NCBI GenBank assembly: GCA_016929135.1
Contig: JAFGJK010000156.1
Coordinates: forward strand, 63,337 to 127,336
Source: Spirochaetota bacterium
GTDB lineage: Bacteria; Spirochaetota; UBA4802; UBA5550
Length of the DNA: 64,000 nt
Direction of reading: 5' to 3'
The translations under genes and the position numbers were made by a program. Below are positions 60,335 to 64,000 of this stretch, piece after piece (positions within the stretch are counted from its first letter, which is position 1; every line of letters starts with the position of its first letter). A model generated the notes under the pieces. The model did not search any database. It had not been told where the DNA came from and saw nothing but the letters and a program-made list of their open reading frames with translations.

Positions 60335-61282
60335 GTGAAGACCGTCAGGATCGGCACGAGAGGAAGCGCCCTGGCACTGGCACAGAGCGGATGGGTCAAA
60401 TCCCTCCTTGAGAAGGCCCATCCCCATCGGCCCATAGAGTTGGTGGTCATAAAGACCACGGGGGACAGGATACTGGATTCCCCCCTTTCGAAAATCGGCG
60501 ACAAGGGCCTCTTCACCCGCGAGATCGAGGAACAACTCCTCAGAGGGGAGATCCATCTAGCGGTGCACTCAATGAAGGACCTCCCCACGAAACTGCCGGA
60601 GGGGCTGGCAATAGGCGCCACCACGAAACGGGAGGACCCCTGTGACGTCTTCATATCCAAGGGTGGGCTCCGGCTCGCCGACCTGAAGGGGGGAGACGCC
60701 GTCGCCACCAGCAGCCTCAGGAGACGGTCGCAGCTTCTGGCGATGGTTCCCGGCCTTACGATCATGGACATCCGCGGGAACCTGGGCACCAGGATCGATA
60801 AGATGCATGCCAACCCTGTCCTGAAGGGACTCGTCCTGGCGCACGCCGGGCTGATTCGCCTCGGAATGACCGACGGGATCACCGAGGTGATCCCCCGCGA
60901 CGTGATCATTCCGGCCGTAGGACAGGCCTCCCTGGCAGTGGAGGTGCGCAGCGGGGACGGCGACATTCTTGAAATGGTCTCGTCGGTCAACGATCACGGA
61001 GCCGCCTGCGAGATCCAGTGCGAGCGGAGCTTCATGCACGCGCTGGGGGGCGGGTGCCAGGTCCCGGTGGCCGGCTCCGCGACGGTGACGGGGGAACGCA
61101 TCACCCTCACCGGTATGGTGGCCTCGCTGGACGGGAAAACCTGCTACCGGGAGACCCGCACCGCCGGGCTGGAGGAACGCGAGCTGCTCGGCAGGGAGCT
61201 GGCGGAGACGCTCCTGGATCGGGGCGCCAGGGGGATACTGGACGATATCTATAAGGGCTGCGGCAGCCGGGAGGGCGCATGA
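60335..61282 (+). CDS. hemC: Hydroxymethylbilane synthase
   Basis: RIGTRGSALALAQ, KGLFTREIE, VHSMKD, TSSLRR, GGGCQVP; GTG start after GGAGG. Confidence 0.96.
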   Translation: MKTVRIGTRGSALALAQSGWVKSLLEKAHPHRPIELVVIKTTGDRILDSPLSKIGDKGLFTREIEEQLLRGEIHLAVHSMKDLPTKLPEGLAIGATTKREDPCDVFISKGGLRLADLKGGDAVATSSLRRRSQLLAMVPGLTIMDIRGNLGTRIDKMHANPVLKGLVLAHAGLIRLGMTDGITEVIPRDVIIPAVGQASLAVEVRSGDGDILEMVSSVNDHGAACEIQCERSFMHALGGGCQVPVAGSATVTGERITLTGMVASLDGKTCYRETRTAGLEERELLGRELAETLLDRGARGILDDIYKGCGSREGA

Positions 61283-62802
61283 AACAGAGCGGCAAGGTGT
61301 ACCTTGTGGGGTCAGGCCCCGGCGACGAACGGCTCATCACGGTGGGGGCGGTTGAGGCCCTCAGGAGGGCCGACGTGGTGATCTACGACAACCTCATTAA
61401 CGAGTCGTTGCTGGGACTCTACTGTTCCAGGGAATGCGAGCTCCTCTACGTCGGCAAGTCAGGGAAGGAGCACACCCTGGAGCAGGATGAGATAAACGAG
61501 CTCATCGTGGCGAAGGCCCGGTCGCACGAAGTGGTGGTGCGCCTCAAGGGGGGCGATCCCTTCATCTTCGGAAGGGGGGGAGAGGAGGCGATGCACCTGC
61601 GCAGTCACGGCATCGACTACGAGGTGATCTGCGGCATCTCCTCCGCCTACGCGGTCCCCGCCTACGCCGGAATTCCGGTCACCCACCGGGGCTACAGCTC
61701 CTCGGTGGCTTTCATTACAGGCCACGAGGACCCCACCAAGGATAAAAGCGACATCAACTGGGAGAAGCTCGCCACCGGCGTCCAGACGCTGGTCTTCCTC
61801 ATGGGCGTAAAGAACATCCCTTTGATCATGGAACAGCTGACGAAGCACGGGAGGGACCGCAGCACGCCTGTGGCGGTTATTCAAAACGGCACCTATCCCG
61901 CCCAGAAAACGGTGACCGGCACCGTCGCTACCATCGCCGAAATCGTCACGCGTGAGAAGATCGCGCCCCCCTCCATTGTCGTGGTGGGAGAGGTGGTCTC
62001 CCTCCGGGAGGAGCTAAACTGGTTCGAAACGAGGCCCCTCTTCGGCAGGACCATCGTGGTAACGCGCTCCCGGGACCAGGCCTCGGTGCTGGTGGAAAAA
62101 CTGCGCGCCCTCGGCGCCGGGGTCATGGAGATGCCGGCGATACTCATCGAGGGGCCCGAGGACCCCGCGGCGCTGGAGGACTGCATCCGCGGGATCGGCC
62201 GCTACCAGTGGATCATCTTCACCTCCGCCAACGGCGTAACCCATTTTTTCGCCCGCCTCACCGCCCTGGGGCTCGACGCCCGCGCCCTTGCGGAGAGAAG
62301 GATCTGCGCCATCGGGCCGGCCACTGCGGCGGCGCTGGAATCGAGGGGCATACGGCCCGACCATATGCCCGCAAAATTCGTCAGTACCGAGGTGGTGCGT
62401 GAGCTCTCCGAGCTGGGGGAGGTTGCAGGGAAATCCTTCCTTCTCCCCAGAGCGGACATCGCGCCGGACACCATGCGGGAGGATCTGCTGGCACTGGGGG
62501 CCTCCCGTGTGGACGACATCGCCGCGTACAGGACAGTGGCGGTGGAATACGGCGGCGCCAATCCCCTGGCGGAGGCAGGGGATATCGACCTCGTCACCTT
62601 CACCAGCTCCTCGACGGTGAGAAATTTCATGCGGGCGGTCCGGGAAACACCTCACCTGAAGGGTATCCCCTGCGTCGCCATAGGACCGGTGACCGCGGAA
62701 GCGGCGCGACGCGAGGGGTGCAACGTCGTGGCGGTGGCTGATGAGTACACAATCGACGGCCTTGTGGCTGCGGTGCTGCGGCATCTAGCGGGAGACGGCT
62801 AG
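61279..62802 (+). CDS. cobA: Uroporphyrinogen-III C-methyltransferase / synthase fusion (CobA-HemD)
   Basis: VYLVGSGPGD, RLKGGDPFIFGRGGEE, then VVTR, FTSANGV, FTSSSTV, IGPVTA. Confidence 0.95.
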   Translation: MKQSGKVYLVGSGPGDERLITVGAVEALRRADVVIYDNLINESLLGLYCSRECELLYVGKSGKEHTLEQDEINELIVAKARSHEVVVRLKGGDPFIFGRGGEEAMHLRSHGIDYEVICGISSAYAVPAYAGIPVTHRGYSSSVAFITGHEDPTKDKSDINWEKLATGVQTLVFLMGVKNIPLIMEQLTKHGRDRSTPVAVIQNGTYPAQKTVTGTVATIAEIVTREKIAPPSIVVVGEVVSLREELNWFETRPLFGRTIVVTRSRDQASVLVEKLRALGAGVMEMPAILIEGPEDPAALEDCIRGIGRYQWIIFTSANGVTHFFARLTALGLDARALAERRICAIGPATAAALESRGIRPDHMPAKFVSTEVVRELSELGEVAGKSFLLPRADIAPDTMREDLLALGASRVDDIAAYRTVAVEYGGANPLAEAGDIDLVTFTSSSTVRNFMRAVRETPHLKGIPCVAIGPVTAEAARREGCNVVAVADEYTIDGLVAAVLRHLAGDG

Positions 62803-63905
62803 AAGACCAGCATATCGTCCCTGTTGATGACCTCATCGAAGTACTCGATGCCCAGGATCGTCTGTATCTCGTCGCTCCTCTTCCCGATGATCTTGTGGAG
62901 CTCCCTGGAGCTGTAGTTCACCACACCCTTCCCGATGACCTTCCTCTGCCTGTTCACAATCTCCACGATATCACCCATGTCAAAGCTCCCCTCAATCCGC
63001 ACGATCCCCCTGGCCAGGAGCGATTTCTTCCTCGCCACCAGCGCCTCCACGGCGCCGTCGTCCACTTCGATTGTCCCCTTCCGCTTCACCATCGCCAGCC
63101 ACTTCTTCTTGCTGGAGACGTGCTTGATGCCGCCGGCGAACAGGGTGCCGATCCGCTCCCCCTCCATGATCCTCACGAGTACGTTCTCCTCGGCGCCGTT
63201 GGCGATCACCATCATCTCGCCGAACTGAAGAATCATGCGTGCCGCGGCGATCTTCGTCGTCATCCCCCCGGTACCGAAATCGCTTCCGGTGCCGCCGGCG
63301 CGCCTCAGCACATCGTCGGTGATCTCCGTGATCCTGTCCACCGGCTTCGGGTCGCTGAGGCTCCAGTAGAAGCCGTCGATATCCGAGAGGAGCACCAGAA
63401 GCTCGGCGTCGATTATGCTGGCCACGTGCGCAGAGAGGGTGTCATTGTCACCGAATTTGATCTCCTTCACCACAACCGAGTCGTTTTCATTGACGATGGG
63501 AACGATGCCCAGCTCAAGGAGTGCATGCAGGGTGTGCCTGGCATTGAGGAAGCGCCGGCGGTGCTTCACGTCGTCCTCGGTGAGCAGTATCTGCCCCACC
63601 TGGTAGCCCTGCTTCAGGAAATGCTTACGATACTCGTTCATCAGGAGGGTCTGACCCAGGGCGGCGAAGGCCTGTTTCTCCGGGATGGTGAGTGTCTTCC
63701 GCTCACGCTTCATTGCCGCGGTCCCGGCGGCGATAGCACCCGAGGAGACCACCGTGACCCTGTATCCCATCCGGACAAGGGCGGCGACACCTCCGACGAA
63801 CTGCGCCATCCTCTTCTGCGACAGCCTCCCCCTCTCGGTGATCGACGACGAGCCGATCTTGACGACGACTGTCTTCACGTTCCGCAACAGACTTTTACGA
63901 GGCAT
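62799..63905 (-). CDS. proB: Glutamate 5-kinase
   Basis: VVKIGSS, SSGAIAAG, NENDSV, FGDND.LSA, GTGGM.TK, PUA domain. Confidence 0.96.
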   Translation of the reverse strand: MPRKSLLRNVKTVVVKIGSSSITERGRLSQKRMAQFVGGVAALVRMGYRVTVVSSGAIAAGTAAMKRERKTLTIPEKQAFAALGQTLLMNEYRKHFLKQGYQVGQILLTEDDVKHRRRFLNARHTLHALLELGIVPIVNENDSVVVKEIKFGDNDTLSAHVASIIDAELLVLLSDIDGFYWSLSDPKPVDRITEITDDVLRRAGGTGSDFGTGGMTTKIAAARMILQFGEMMVIANGAEENVLVRIMEGERIGTLFAGGIKHVSSKKKWLAMVKRKGTIEVDDGAVEALVARKKSLLARGIVRIEGSFDMGDIVEIVNRQRKVIGKGVVNYSSRELHKIIGKRSDEIQTILGIEYFDEVINRDDMLVF

Positions 63906-64000
63906 TCTCTTTCTCCATGCAGGAATCCAGCGCCGACAGCAACGCCTCCAGATTCTCCCCGGTCACCGAGGATACCGGAATCACGGGCCCCTGAAAGAGC
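63895..64000 (-). CDS. obgE: GTPase C-terminus, probably ObgE (3' end only)
   Basis: LFQGPVIPVSSVTGENLEALL..* G5-like motif overlapping the proB start; obg-proB adjacency is common. Confidence 0.65.
   Translation of the reverse strand, partial: LFQGPVIPVSSVTGENLEALLSALDSCMEKENAS

Overview
Core-chromosome segment of a GC-rich bacterium, most likely an anaerobic Leptospirae-related spirochaete. This is inferred from a Leptospira-like SecA with a basic tail, a UPF0164/PorV-like OMP and sigma28-type CCGATA promoters. It carries housekeeping genes (nadA, rph, hflX, secA, glmM, aspS-phoH-HD-ybeY, pgm, tilS-ftsH, recG, xerD, queA, rnhA, recJ, ispF, proB, partial obg and metY) and three tRNAs (Asn, Tyr, Thr). 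It also has a TolC-MFP-ABC ATPase cluster with no permease, a gcvH-PA-PB/lipA/split-LplA operon, and a complete siroheme-dependent (Ahb) haem pathway cluster. Two pseudogenes are visible (an Rrf2 regulator and a CsgG-like/PEGA/barrel OMP). The strongest hidden signal is a 28-bp dif-like site at 45604-45631. Both gene orientation and KOPS-like GGGNAGGG octamers switch polarity there, so the window probably spans the replication terminus. The most novel-looking protein is 8459-9625, with two tandem beta-barrel repeats fused to a His/Cys caspase/CHAT-like domain. No CRISPR array, transposase, prophage or rRNA was seen. All family calls are from motif recognition by eye; no database search was run.
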